From the human T2T-CHM13v2.0 reference genome, Homo sapiens, in NCBI RefSeq assembly GCF_009914755.1, contig NC_060947.1: a stretch of 64,000 bases of DNA; one strand, given 5' to 3'. This document shows positions 34,899 to 54,883 of the stretch, one piece after another. A program made the position numbers and the translations under genes. Below the pieces are notes generated by a model. The model searched no databases and had not been told where the DNA came from. It saw only the letters and a list, made by a program, of their open reading frames with translations. Position 1 is the first letter of the stretch. The number at the start of each line of letters is the position of its first letter.

Positions 34899-35379
34899 GT
34901 AGGAAATACTTCTATTTCGTTTTCTGTGTTGTGAAAACCTAATGTTGAGCTGGTCAAGTGGGAAATTTGTTTTCTGCTGCTTTACTCCTCCTGAAAAATT
35001 TGATTTCAATTTCAAAACTGCTCCAAAGTGAAATGGCGCTCAGTAACCACGTATTACTTCCTATCATGGGCTCATCAAAAACACAACTTTCTACTACTGA
35101 TAACCATTCCCAAAAGAGAAAAGGTATGAAAAGTGTAAGATTTGCAGGTCAGTATGAGAAAAATGTCCAAGTGAGATTTTCACGAGATCTTCCCGTGCCA
35201 ATAAAAATATCACCTGCAATTCAAGGAACATAACTGGCTCCGTGAGCTGAATCACTTTACCTGGCTAAGTCTCACCTTTCTCAGCTACAAAATGAAGGGG
35301 TAGTTCCAGATCAGTGGTTCTCATCCTTGGCTACTGCACATCGTAACTTTCCAAGATGCTTTTCAATCACACTGAAGCT

Positions 35380-37900
35380 GGGCCCCAAGAACACTTTGTA
35401 TGATACGGGGGTCTCTCTTCCTTAAAGGTTTGATAGAACTTGACTAGAAAATTTCCTGGATATGTGCATATATGTTTATGTGTGTGCGTGTTGACATATT
35501 TTCACAGGCAGATTTTTATCTACTGATTTAATATATTTACTGGTTATAAGTTTATTCAGGTTTTCAGTGTTTTTATGACACACTTCTGAGAAGTTTTGCT
35601 AGGAAATTGTCCATCTTATACATGTTTAAGTGTATACTGGCAGAAAGTTGTTCATAATATTCCTTTATACTTTTACAATTTTATAAGTATATTTGCAGTT
35701 ACGTTCATACTTTCACTTATAATATTGTTTATTTGGCTCTTTTGTTTACCCTTTTAATCTTTATTTCTAGAGTTTTTATCTATTTGACTTTTTTTAAAAA
35801 AACATACATTTTGTATTATTGCTCCTATTATTTCTTTGTTTTTTCTTTACTTCGGTTTTTATATTTACATGCTCCTTTTCTACTTTATTTGCTTTTGTGC
35901 TGCTATTCTTTGTTTTAGGTTTTTGTGTAGCACATTTGGCTCCCTCGTTTTAAGCTTTTCATCTTTTCTGATGTATGCAGTTGGGTCTAAACCTTTCCCT
36001 GTCATTACTGCTTTGGCTGTGTATCACAACTGTTGATACGAAATGTTTTCATTGTCATTCATTTCAAAATATGATTTAATTTCTATTATGGCTTTCTCTT
36101 TGTTCCATAAGTTATTATAAATATATTTTAATCTTTCTAAGTAGCAAGGAATTCGTTTTCTTTTAGCTTTTTATTTCTGTTATTTCATTTCATCTCAAAC
36201 CATATGGATAGTCCATATGATATTGATTGGTATTTGTTAAGATTTTCTTTGTGGATTAAAATTATTTTTTTTAATTATACCTTAAGTTCTGGGATACATG
36301 TGCAGAACGTGCAGGTTGCTGACATAGGTATACACGTGCCATGGTGGTTTGCTGCACCCATCAACCTGTCATCTACATTAGGTATTTCTCCTAATGCTAT
36401 CCCTCCCCTAGTCCCCCACCCCCTGACAGGCCCCGGTGTGTGATGTTCCCCTTCCTGTGTCCATGTGTTCTCATTGTTCAGCTCCCACTTATGAGTGAGA
36501 GCATGCGGTGTTTGGTTTTCTGTTCTTGTGTTAGTTTGCTGAGAATGATGGTTTCCAGCTTCATCCATGTCTGTGCAAAGGACATGAACGCATCCTTTTT
36601 TATGGCTGCATAATATTCCATGGTGTTTATGTGCCACAAAAAATGTGGTTAATTTTTTAATAAAGCCCCATTGGTGCTTTAAAAAAAATTTTATTATCTA
36701 ATTGCTACGTGTGAGATTCTATATGTCCATTAAATAAAGCTTGCTAATTTTGATATACAAATATTTTATAGTCTTTATATATATTACTGATTGATTCATT
36801 AGTTTCTGAGCAAGAGATATTAAAATCTTCCACCATGATCATATATTTATGATTTTTCTCTTTATAATTCTAATATTTTTGGTTTTACATGTTTTGATGT
36901 TATGTGTTAGGTGCTTATAAATTCCCACTAATATCTCTTTAGTATACATTTTAGCATTATCATATAACTAAAAATGCTCTTTTGTCTAAATTCTGTTTTG
37001 CTTAATATTGATATTAATATACCCATGGCACATTAATCCTGATTTGTTTTCTTCCATTCCTTTATCTTAAACGTCTCAAGGTCTTTACATTTTAATCATC
37101 TCTCTTATAAACAACATATGGCTACATGTTTTATATGCAATATAAGACCATTGATTTTAACTGACAATTAAGGACATTTACATTTATTGTGATGACAGAT
37201 ATATTTCAATATATTTGTACCATTTTCTTTTTGCATTTCTTTCTAGATTCTCTCTTTGCTTCAGTTTACCTCCCTCCTTTCTTGCATTCTATTTACTAAT
37301 CTGCTCATCTTTGTTACATTTTCCTCCATTAGCATATAAATAATACATTTCATCCATTTCTGTTTTCCTTTTTTTCACATTTTATTTCTAATGTTTTAGT
37401 CATCAATTTTGAGATTTTAAAGAAGTGACTTAAACTCTAAACTTATCAGTGCCTCTACTCCCCTTTTGCACAATAAAGTTCTTAGATCACTTTTTACAGA
37501 GATCATCCTCTTCCCTTCTTAGATGTCTAGTATTTTAATTCCATTTCATTTTATGCCCATCTAAAGTTAAGCTACAGTTATTGTTTTATGTAGCTCATGC
37601 TTAAATTACCCACGTATTTATCAGCTTCTTTTTCACCATTGCTTGTTACATCTCAGTCCTTCCTCTGAGTGTAATTTTTATTTTTATATAGTAGTTCCAT
37701 TAACATTATAGCAAAATCTATAATCTGGTGACCTCTCAGTCTTTCTTTATCTGAATGTATGTTCATTTTTACATTATAATCAGTCAGTTACAGATTGCTA
37801 GGTTTGCAATTACTTTCTTCCATTGCCTGAAGTAATGATTTCATTGTCTTTTGGCTTCTTTTACTGCTTTTGAGAAACTTACACCCATGTAATGGTATAT
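35380..37900 (-). mobile_element. Highly diverged L1M remnant with an inserted L1PA7-like 3' end (36262-36637, -)
   Basis: T-rich L1 antisense motifs (acatttacatttattgtgat); taagttctgggatacatgtgcagaacgtgcagg. Confidence 0.65.
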
Positions 37901-37955
37901 TACTTCTTGTTAGGTGAACTTCTCCCTCCCTTGGTAGCTCTTAGGATTGTTCCCC

Positions 37956-38092
37956 AAATGGAGATATACCTAATGTTAAATGACGAGTTACTGGGTGCAG
38001 CACACCAACATGGCACATGTATACATATGTAACTAACCTGCACATTGTGCACATGTACCCTAAAACTTAAAGTATAATAAAAAAAAAAAGAA
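37956..38092 (+). mobile_element. 137-bp 5'-truncated young L1PA (PA3/4-like)
   Basis: gagatatacctaatgttaaatgacgag..aaagtataata(A)n; perfect 13-bp TSD aggattgttcccc (37943-37955, 38093-38105). Confidence 0.95.
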
Positions 38093-39767
38093 AGGATTGT
38101 TCCCCTGTTGTTGGTCTGCGGTTTCACTATTATATGTCTATGAGTAGTTTCAGGAAGCTGTGAGTCATCTGGACTGGAGGCAAATTCTTTCAGGATGATT
38201 TCATGTTTGCCAATGTCCAGGGATAAAGGCAGTTTATTTCCAATTTTATGCCAATTTCTTGGCTTGAGGTTTCCTGCATCACACAGGTGGAGTGTAGTTT
38301 CATATCCACATGTGGCACAGACCTAGAGCTTTGAATTTTTAGAAGAGATATTTTCACGGTTTTTTCCTACCCAGAGACATGAAAACACAAAATTTCTCAC
38401 TTGTCGTATCCCTGGATTGTTAGGAATCTTAATTTGTCATTTCTTTTATTCCCCCATACCTCATCATTTAGCCAAAGATGCAGACCTTCAAGGTTCCTGT
38501 CTTTAAGCCAGGATTTTACTTCAAATTATTTTCCTCCATAAGCCAAAGGCCTAATCTGTTCTCAGATGGATGTCAAAAGCTCCAATTCTTATATTACTGA
38601 TACCCACAACCCCTTATCATTCTTATCCCTGTAGTAGTTACAGCATTAATATTAACTCACATACTTCTTACTTAGCAGTTTTTTCTTAATTTCGGACACC
38701 AGAAATTACGATCTCAACTAAGTACATGAAAGAATTCTTTTTTATATCTAGTTCAGCACTAACTAGGTGTTCATTGCAAGGGTATTTTCAATTCTCTTTA
38801 TCTGCTGCTTTGCTGCAGAAGACTAATTGTCTATTTTGGGTATCTGTCTTTCAAAGTAGACTCACGCTTCTCCAGGCTAAAACTCGAGTTAAGACTTCAT
38901 GGAGTGTGGTAGTAGCAGCATTCTAGGCAATAAAAGAGAATGTTCAAAAGCTTGGAATTAAACATCCTATGCTGTTTTCTGGGAACAGTCCAGTGTAGTT
39001 TATCTTTTGGTTATGTGAGGGTGCGTAAAGGAAGCTATGACAAGTGCCAATGGTGATGGTCATTTCATGTCATCATAAAGAATTTAGTTTTATTTTCCAA
39101 CAAAATTGAAGCCATTGGAGAGTTTAAACAGTGGAATGTCATAATCAGATTTGTGTTCCAGGCCAATGGCTCCAATTGCTCAGGCTGATATGAGTATAAG
39201 TAAAAGTGGATGTGGGAAACCAATGAGACAACCACAAGAGTTCAGGAAAGAGTGCATTTTAATCAGGCTATTTTCAGGAACACAATTTCATCTCTAGGTT
39301 TCTGGAGACCAGAGAAGACACTTTACAGACGCATACACACATTTGTACACACATACCCTGCTGCCATCACACCAAACTTTAAATAAACTTGGTATGTTTC
39401 TGCAGTCAATAAGTGATTAATTATTGCTTAATTGACTCAGCAAGCCAGCTACTATTCCATAGCCTCACCTGAGCTACAACATCAAGCTGTATGAATCATA
39501 TTTATCTTTCCAATGTCATGAAAATAAAATGAAGTTTAAAATAAATAAAAGAAAATGAAATTCGTGACCCTACCTAAGCCAGAAAAGCAGCTGTATGCTT
39601 ATCTGTGGGAATGACGATTGTTTCATTCTGGAGATGTCAGCTCAGCTGTGTAGCTTTTCTGGCACATTATATCACTAAACCAATTGCTTGTATGGTCAGT
39701 TAGCCCCTTCTATCAGTGACTTGACAAGGGTTCCAGCATTCTCCCTCCCATCAGTTTACTACAAGAA

Positions 39768-39817
39768 CTAAAACAAAACAAAACAAAAACAAAACAAAAC
39801 AAAAACCAAAGCAAAAA
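39768..39817 (+). repeat. (CAAAA)n simple repeat
   Basis: Read directly. Confidence 0.85.
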
Positions 39818-40979
39818 CATCCTTCTTTACATGAAAACTCATTGTCTTCCCAAAGTTACCCACAATGAATGATTTCTGTAGGAGAGAGGCTCACTGTCAA
39901 GATCAGTCTGTTTTCTGAAACTCACTCCCATCTATCCTCTAGTAAATACTTTTCAGCATACACTCAGGCTTACCTGTCTCAACCAATACCCTAGGTTGTC
40001 TGATGGCACAGAGATCTAGTGGTGTCTCACTCTTTTAAATTCTTCAAACAGCCACTGAAGACAAGTGGAGTCTACACTGTTTGGTTCACAAATCAAGAAA
40101 AGACATGTAAATATACCCAGGTGGACACGACATGACATTTTCTTTCAAATATTCTGCACTCGTGGCCTGCCAAACATTTCAAGAGTATTTCTCTCCCTTA
40201 TTTGGACAAGGTTCTTCTGCATAAATGAGCTGTGCTAAGAAGCTAATCCATAGAAATAAGAGATTGATAAGGGATTAAGAATGAATAAGCAGGCTACTCA
40301 TGACACTATCCATATGCTGTTTATTTAACTAAGAATAGTCTGATTTTTTAAATTTTTAATTCTGTTGAGAAGAAAGATACTCTTTCCTTTTATCATCCTT
40401 ATTTATACCACTCATGATTTCTAAGGTTCATAAATAATTCATCTTTTTTTGATTGAGAATGATGACCTTATTGCTTTTAGATACGGATACTGTGTTAGGA
40501 ACAGGAAGGTCTTCTTAAGAATACTGCACCAGTCGTGCTGAGCTGTGATTTTCCTGGAAGAAAGAACATGGCACACTCAGCTGGTAATGGCGATTGTGGA
40601 GAAAAGTCCAGTACCTGTGGGTCAATCTGTGGCAGTCTCTGTTTTCAGTGGGAGCTGTGGCAATTGAAGTTGCAAATAAGATTGTGTTAAATTTTATAGA
40701 ATAAGACATTGTTAATGCAATATTTAAATTAACTAATAAACCATAGATTTTATATGCCACATTCAAATGGTGTAATACAGTGCATTTGATAAATTTTCAT
40801 TATTGCAAAAAAAATGACAGCATATTTATATTTCATAATTTATTTCTCCATGACATATGGGAATTCACAAACGCTAAAAGTAATATATAGTACAGTCATT
40901 TAAAGATGGTATCATGCTTCTGACATGTTATATAGAAATTTAAAGAAATTTACATTTAATTTAAACAAGTATGAATTGC

Positions 40980-46186
<5,207 letters not shown>

Positions 46187-48745
46187 GTAAGTTTCAAAGA
46201 ATGAAAATGAATCAAGCAGAGATTGTAGAGCTGAAAAATGCAAGTGATAGGCTGCAGAATCTCTCAAATTCTGTTAATAGCAGAATCAATCAACAGAAGA
46301 TGGTATTAATAAGCTTGAAGAAAGGCTATTTGAAAATGGTCTTTTGTCAGAAAAGACAAAAGAAAAACCGAGTAGAAAGCAATGAAGCATGTCTACAGGA
46401 TCTAGAAGATAGCTTCAAAAGGACAAATCTAAGAGTTATTGGCCTTAAGGAGGAGGTACAGAAACACATATGAGTAGAAAGTTTCTCCAAAGAGATTATA
46501 ATAGAGAACTTCCCAAACCTAGAGAAAGAGACACATATCCAAGTACAAGTATGTTATAGAACACCAAGGAGACTTAACTGAAAGAAGGGTGCTTCAAGTT
46601 ATTCATTAATGAAACTCCCAAAAATCAAGGATAAAGAACTTTTCTTAAAGCAGCAAGAGAAGAGAAACAAATAACATCCAATGGAGCTCCAATATGTCTG
46701 GCAGCAGACTTTTCAGTGGAAACCTTACAGGCCCGGAGAGAGTGGCATGACATATTTAAAGTGCTGAAAGAAAAAAATTTTAACCTTAGAATGATATATC
46801 TGAAACAACTATCCTTCAAACATGAAGGAGAAATAAAAATGGGCCCAGAGAATCAAAACCTGAGGGATTTCATCATCACTAGCCCTGTCCTACAAGAAAT
46901 GTTACAAGGAGTATTTCAATCAGAAAGAAAAGGATGGTACTGAACAATAAGTAATCAACTGAACAATAAGTAATCAACTGAAGGTACAAAACTCAGTGGT
47001 CATTGTAAGTACACAGAAAAACAGAATATTTTAAAAAAGTAACTGTAGTGTGTAAAGCGCTCTTATTCTAAGTAGAAAGCCTAAAGGATAAACCAATCAA
47101 AATGGAAAAGCACAACTTTTCAAGACACAGTCAACACAATGAGATACAGAAAGAAATGACAAAAAATTAGAAAGCAGTGGGACAAAGTTAAGATGCAGCT
47201 TTATTAGTTTTATTTTTGTTTGCTGTTTGTTTGTCAAAATCGTCTTAAGTAAATATCAGATTAAAAATAATGGTTTATAAGATATTATTTGCAAGCCTCA
47301 AGGTAACCTGAAACTAAAGAACATGCAATATATACACAAAAATTCGAAGGCAAGGAACTAAATCATCTACCCACAGAAAAATCATCCTAAGAAAAGACAG
47401 AAAGGAAAGAAAGAAGGAAGATAAGATCACAAAAACATCTGAACATAAAAATCAAAATGACAGGAGTAAGTTCCTACTTATCAATAGTAACATTGAATGT
47501 AAATGGGCTAAACTCTTCCATGAAAAGACATAGACTGGCTGAATGTATGAAAAAACAAGACACATTGATCTGTTGCCTGCCAGAAACACACTTCACTTCT
47601 GAAGACACACATAGACTGAAAATAAAGGGATAGAAAGAGATGCTCCATGCGAATGGAACCAAAAAGAAGCAGGATTAGCTATATTCCTAGCAAACAAAAT
47701 AGATTTCAAGACACAAAATGTAAGAGGAAAAAAAGTCACTATATAATAATGAAGGGATCAGTTCAACAAAAGGCTATAAGAACTTTACATATATGTGCAC
47801 CCAACCCTGTAGCACCAAGGTATATAAAGGAAACACTATTACAACTAATGGGAGAGATAGGTCCCAATAGCATAATGGCTGGGGGCTTCAACACCCTACT
47901 TTCAGCATTGGACAGTTCTTCCAGACATAAAATCAACACAGAAACATCACACTTAATGTACATTACAGACCAAATGGATGTAACAGACATTTACAAAACA
48001 CTTCTTCCAAGGACTGCAAAATACACCTTCTTTTACCCAGCACGTGGATCATTCTCAAGGTTAGAATATATGTTAGGTCATAAAACAAGTCTTAAAACAT
48101 CAACATTCAAATAAATTGAAATAATATCAAGCTTCTTCTCTGACCACCAAAAAACAAAAAAAGAAAATCCCGAAAATAACAAGGGGAACTTTGAAAATTA
48201 TACAAATCCATAGAATTAAAAAAAAAAAAATGCTCCTGAATGACCCACAGGTCAATGAAGAAATTAAAAACTAAATTGTAAAATTTCTCAAAATAAATGA
48301 TCATGGAAACACAACATACCAAAACCCATGGGATACAGCAAAAGCAGTATTAAGAGGGAAGTTTATAGCTATAAGTGCCTACATTGAAAAAGAGGAACAC
48401 CTGCAAATAATTCATGACGCATCTTAAAAAAACAGAAAAATAAGCTCAAAGTGAACCCCAAATCAGTAGAAGAAAAGAAATAATGAAAGACCAGAGCAGA
48501 AATAAATGAAAGTAAAATGAAGAAAGTCAAAACACTATCAAGGAAACAAAAAGTTGGGTTTTTTTTAAAAAGCTATACAAAATTGAGAAACCTGTAGCCA
48601 ATCTAAGGAAGAAAAAGGAGAGATCGAGATAAATAAACTCCAAAATTGAAAGGAGACATTACAGGCTAAAGCTGCAAAAATTCAAAGGGCTCTTGTGGTG
48701 ACCGTGGGAAACTGTATGTCAATAAATTGGAAGATCTCCCTGAAA
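46187..48745 (+). mobile_element. Older L1 (L1PB/L1MA-like): ORF1 3' part, inter-ORF region and ORF2 5' part
   Basis: TNLRVIGL, ETLQARREWHDIFKVLKEKN, endonuclease-like peptides at 47460-48100. Confidence 0.85.
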
Positions 48746-48749
48746 TGAA

Positions 48750-51700
48750 AATTACTTCCTGCTGACGAGGGGACGGAGAGTTTTTTGGGTTGACAGTAGG
48801 AGCAATGCCGTCTGTAGATGTTTTTGGGTAGTTGTCTGTGAAATGGCCGTGATCCTGTTAGTTAAAATTTTCCGAGAAAGGTTAATTAGGCAGGGTAAGA
48901 AAATTAGTCCCAGGCATATTGTTAGGAGAGGGCCCAGAAATAGGATGACCCATGCTATGATTGTGTTCCCAAACCAAGAACTTATTTGGTTGTTTTGGTA
49001 CTCCCTTAGCTTTTTAGCCTTTTCTTTATGTTTGTTTTAGCAGCGTTTTTTAACTAGGCCTGATTGGTTGATAAAGAAACAATATTCCTTACCTAATGAG
49101 AGGTAGAAGCACATGTTTGGAAAGGCCCATGTGTTAGTTTCTGTTAGTAAGCGTTATTCCTGCTAAGAGGCTAATAATTAAGCAAAATGCTACAGTAATT
49201 GAGATTGTTTTTGTCTGACATTTTACCCTGAGGGTGCTACAGTATATAGTTTTACTGCAAATAGTAGGGTGAGTAAAGCAGTTTCCACAAGGGTGGTGTA
49301 GTCAATAATTTCCATTAAAAAGTTGTAATATTTGGCTTGAAAGGAGAGATAGGAATGACAAAAGTGTTTGGTGAGGTAGGGGTGAGACTGAGTAAGACGA
49401 GCAATTCTTTCTCGGTTATTTATTTTTTATGATTTTTAGCTTACGATTTCCTATTTCTTTATTTGCTCCTGTGAGGGTTAGGGGGCTTAGAGGCAGTGCC
49501 TGCTGAAACATCTAGTTTCCAGTTTATAGGGCTTTAAGAAAGCACAGCTTATTTTGAAGTCTTGTAGTCAGAAAAATTAGAATTTAATTAAACAGTAGCA
49601 AATAATAACTGAAAAACATCAGGCAACTCTAGAATTTAACAAGAGGGGTGTCATAGTTTTGGAAACATAATTTCCTCTCTCCACTTTCCCATTTTTATTA
49701 AAAGACAAATTATGGTAGGTTTGCTTTAGGATACTTGGCTTACTTATTTGCATACAGTGCTGCAAGAATAATTATTTGTTACATAGGCCTTTTAAATGGG
49801 CTTTGGTGGAATTTGGTTTTGTAGAAGCAATCTGAGATAAAAGACTTTTTAAAGCCAAGCCCAGCCATGGATTTGTACCATTAAATACCTATGACTTGGG
49901 TGAATTCCTCTCCTCTTGATGTTTCAAGATAACTTAGGGTTCCTGGCCTGTTAGAAAGTGACATGTTCTGTTTACCACAGATCACAAACCCTGTACGGGG
50001 ACTGTGTACACAAAATATGAGGCCAGTTTTTCAAGGGCTTTATTGGCTTTATAAGTTAAAGCTGGATTCCTTAAAGGAAAAGCACACCATTCCAGTCAAA
50101 GCCTTGGTAAGAATAACCAGTTTTTCCAATCGTGTCCCGTTACAAAAGAAAACAGATTCTTGTTGTATTTATGCAAATAACTATATTGCCATAAGTTAAG
50201 AATACTCATAGATAGTTTCCAAATTTTGGAGAGAATAAGGTAGAGAGAAACAAGTATCCTCCAAATTTTGTTGATGGGAGTTAACAGTTAAAAGTTAAAC
50301 AGTGAAAAGTGAACAGTTAACTCTCATACATATGGGAGTTAGCGGTTAACAGTTAACAGTTAAAAGCTGTTAATCGCTTAAAAAAAGTTTCTTTGACTTT
50401 GAAAGGCAAAACAAAGGGTTAGCAATATTTTAAGCAAAAGGTTAAACAGATTAGTTTCCTATTAGTTTGATTTATGCAGTTAATTCCTGTCCTGCTTTTT
50501 ATCAGAAACCTGCATTCAGAGCTTTATAGCTGATTAGAAAACCACCCTTTGAAGAGGACTAAAACAAGACAACAATTGTTTATGGATGACAGAAAGTTTT
50601 AGGGTAGCCATAGTTAAAGACACAGTTGACAAAGATATCCGTTACCTCTGTGGCACACAATAATTTTAACAAAACAATTATAATTATTAGTGATAACGTA
50701 CACTAAGATATATTAGAATGATAGGAATCTGCCATAACTTTGGAACACATCCCAATAGCATATTTATACAACTATAGCCCAAAGAAAGCCAAATACCATT
50801 TTATATTTGACAATGCTTCCTGTATGATTTTATATCAAATAAGCCAAATTTTACCATTGTATTAGTGTGCTATTAATGTTAAGCTCCATTTTTCATAAAA
50901 CCTTGTAGACGCATTTACCCAATGTTCATGTTTGACCAGAAGGTAAGGTTTTTATAGACCCTTTTTAACCGTTTATACTTTTTGTTAAAGAGCAGGTTAG
51001 TGCTTTAACAGAAACCCGTTGTGCTTTTATTTTAATGCTCGATTTACAGAAAACCTGAATGATACCCCTTTAACTTTAGCCAGTATGTACACACACGAAA
51101 TTTTCTTTACAATTAACCTTCCAAAAGTTGCTTAAACCTTTAAAACAATTTTTTAACCTTTTAATGTAGGCAAAAATCCACATTCTTAGGCCTCCTTATA
51201 ATCTTTTTACCAAAAGTATATTTTACTTTCCTTACACACCTTGCTCATAAACTATTTCTTCGGTAGTTTTAAATACGTGTTACACTGCTAACTTTTAGCA
51301 ACCTTTACTTTTGATGAAAACCTTGGTAAGTCTGGGAATCTAATTACGCACTAGGTGTAGGGCCTAGGACCCAGACGGAAGTGCGGAGAAGGTCTGGCTT
51401 ATTCCAGCATTTAACTCCATGTGTCCTAGGGTTTATTCAGCTGCAAAGCAGGCAAGCTGTACAGCTAAGAGTTAGAGTGAAATTGTATACGGCATTGAGG
51501 AGGCCGAATTACTTTTAAATTGTGCGACATTTCTTGCACAAATTCCCTTTTATAAAATTCTTCAGGACTTTCACAGACAATTTCTGACATGCCTTACCTT
51601 TCTGACTTGTTGTAAAGTCATCCCTTTTTTTAAACAACAGTTAATTTACTTTAGGACAAAAATTTACCATGTGAGATTCTTTCTTATGCCAATTATCTTT

Positions 51701-52595
51701 TCTTTAATATTAAAGATAACAGTTCTTTCCCAAAACAAATTTCCTTCATGTCTGTGGACTAGACTGCCTAAGGCCACAAGGTTGGAAGTTAGCATATTTT
51801 ACTAAATAGTTAAAGATATAGCTATCTTCGTTAAACCAGTATTCATGCTTTATTTATTGAAAAAATTACACAAGCAAAGATTATTTTGTTTGGGCTGAGT
51901 TGTCCTTTTGTAGCCTCTGTGCCAAATGTTGACACCTTATAGTATTTTGCAGCCATAAGTATGAAATTGCTTGATTAATAAATGCAAATAAAAACGTACG
52001 CTGGCAACTCTTAACGACTTTCAACTCAACTTTTAACTTTGCTGTACCAGTAAGTTCTAAAGATTAAAATTACGAGAACTGAAAGGTCCCACAGCTTTTA
52101 CTTTTCCCTTAAAAATATTTGATTTAAGTGCTTATTTTTTTGGCCAGTTAATTAGAGTTCTTTTAATAGACATCACACACATAAAACATATATAGCCACA
52201 CAGACAATCAGAAGAAGATTGAGTAGTTATGAGATTTTTTTTCTGCTAATTTTCCAATTGGATTATTGGCCTTCGGGTGAGGCCTTTTAAGAACAGGGCT
52301 AAGAAAACAGTTTCTAGGGCCTAATGAACAAGTACAGTTGGAAGACAAAGACAGATCTTTGAGAGGTACTTATTTAAGTCTAGGGGTTTCATAAGGAAAA
52401 CAGAGGTTTTTCCCAAAACGGGATTTGTGGCACCTTTTTTGTTTTCCCAAGGAGTCCCAGGCCACCAGGAGTCGTTTCAGGGTCTTTCATACATGCACCA
52501 AGAGTGGCAAGACAGAGTGGAGAAAAGTAATTTAGTCGATCAGGAAAAAACCTTTTCCAGGAAAACAAAATTTATGAAGAGAAAAACATAAACGC
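48750..52595 (-). mobile_element. Class I (MER4-group-like) ERV internal remnant with an env TM end; no LTR
   Basis: Minus-strand translation near 48790-49110 gives ..GKEYCFFINQSGLVK.. and WVILFLGPLLTICLGLIFLPCLIN; AT-rich non-coding internal region. Confidence 0.75.
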
Positions 52596-52596
52596 G

Positions 52597-52835
52597 GCTG
52601 GGCACGGTGGCTCACGCCTGTAATCCCAGCACTTTGGGAGGCCGAGGTGGGCGGATCTTGAGGTCAGGAGTTCTGAGACCAGCTGGGCCAACATAGTGAA
52701 ACCCTGTCTCTACTAAAAATACAAAAATCAGCCAGGTGCGAAGGCAAACGCCTGTAGTCCCAGCTACTTGGCAGGCTGAGACAGGAGAATCGCTTGAACC
52801 CAGGAGGCAGAGGTTGCAGTGAGCCGAGACCATCA
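52597..52835 (+). mobile_element. 3'-truncated Alu without tail
   Basis: Ends at gagccgagacca and joins unrelated sequence. Confidence 0.9.
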
Positions 52836-53320
52836 CCCAACTAGGATGTAGCAGAATTTCAGATTTGAACCAGGCCCATGATCTTACTTTTATTCCATAT
52901 TTCCTCTGAACATAACAAGAGTAATACTAACGAGTACAACATTAATATAAGTTTAGTACTACAGTTGGCAATTTAATAACCCTTGCCACAACTGTGAGAA
53001 CATGTAGCATGAATAGTACTCTATCCATTTTATGGATAGGGAATTAATCACTTACCAGTGTTGCTCCCTGACAGTTAAAACATGTAAATGCTTTCTGGTA
53101 ATGAAGACTGCAATACTAAATTCAGATTAACATGCATTCATTCACCAAATATTTCTTGCAAGTTTACATGTTCCAGGTACTGTAGTAAAATAACTGATAA
53201 AAGTATCATTTTTTTTGAAAGAAGTACAAGTACCATTTAACGTCTTCACCATTAAATGGAGGATAGCCTTTCCAATAAAGTGACTTCTGACTAGTGACCT
53301 GAAGAAAATTCGGATACACA

Positions 53321-53598
53321 GGCCGGGCGTGGTGGCTCACGATTGTAATCTCAGCACTTTGGGAGGCGAAGGCAGGCGGATCACGAGGTCAGGAGTTCAA
53401 GACCAGCCTGGCCAACCAATGAAACCCCATCTATACTAAAACTACAAACATTAGCCAGGCGTGGTAGCAGGCGCCTGTAATCTCAGCTACTCAGGAGGCT
53501 GAGGCAGGAGAATTGCTTGAAACCAGGAGGTGGAGGTTGCAGAGAGCCGAGAGTGCACCACTGCACTCCAGGCTAGCTGACAAAGCAAGGCTCCATCT

Positions 53599-53638
<40 letters not shown>

Positions 53639-53670
53639 AAAAAGAAAGAAGGAAAGAAGAAGAAAAGAAA
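53321..53670 (+). mobile_element. AluS with long poly(A)/(GAAA)n tail, inside an L2-like remnant
   Basis: TSD aagaaaatt(c/a)ggataca. Confidence 0.9.
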
Positions 53671-54144
53671 AGAAAATTAGGATACATAGTGGATATTTTA
53701 GAGAAGAACCTTCCAGGCAGAAGTATGCAAAGACCCTGATATGGATGGCAGGTTAGAGGAATCACATGCGTGGTGAGTTACAAGAGTCACAGATTGGGGA
53801 GTGTGATAGAAGCAGAGTGATTCACGAGAAGAATAAGTATTAATGTCAGAGAGGTAATAGGTGCCCACATCATGTACGGCCTTATTAGGAATTTGGATTT
53901 TATTTTAATCAAGATGAAAAGTCTGGAGTTTTCATCAAAGGAAAAACATGATCTGGCTTAAAATATACTGTAGGAGATCAAGGATAGAAGAAATAACCCA
54001 TTGTCATTATTACATTACCAAATATTTTTCAGAATCATTTTTTGTTTGCTCAGATGATTTTCAAAAACATCTTTAGCTACTTAATTTAACTTGTTAAGTA
54101 TTCAGACTTGTGAAGCTTTCTACCAGTTTAGGTTTAGAGATCGT

Positions 54145-54250
54145 CTCCTCTCTTCTCTCCTCTTCTCCTTTCCTCCCTCCCTCCCTCCCTCCTTCCCTCC
54201 CTCCCTTCCTTCCTCCCTCCCTTCCTTCCTTTCTTTCTTCCTTACTTCCT
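54145..54250 (+). repeat. (CCCT/CCTT)n polypyrimidine tract
   Basis: Read directly. Confidence 0.9.
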
Positions 54251-54459
54251 TGTCTTTGAGATTCCTCCCAGAGCATAGGATAACACAGGACGAGGTTTGC
54301 TGTCTGAAATGCGTTGAAGTCCCCTGTTATTACAAGAGTTCAAAAACGTGATGACCTCCAAAGGATGCTTAAGAAATAGAATCAGTCTTAAGTTGTAGTG
54401 TGGTGTATGGGGATCACTCTCTAGGGTCTACATTTAGTCAATGACAAAATATTTTCTGA

Positions 54460-54883
<424 letters not shown>

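Noticed and set aside
46939-46981. 19-bp tandem duplication actgaacaataagtaatca
   Set aside because: Ordinary slippage in a dead L1
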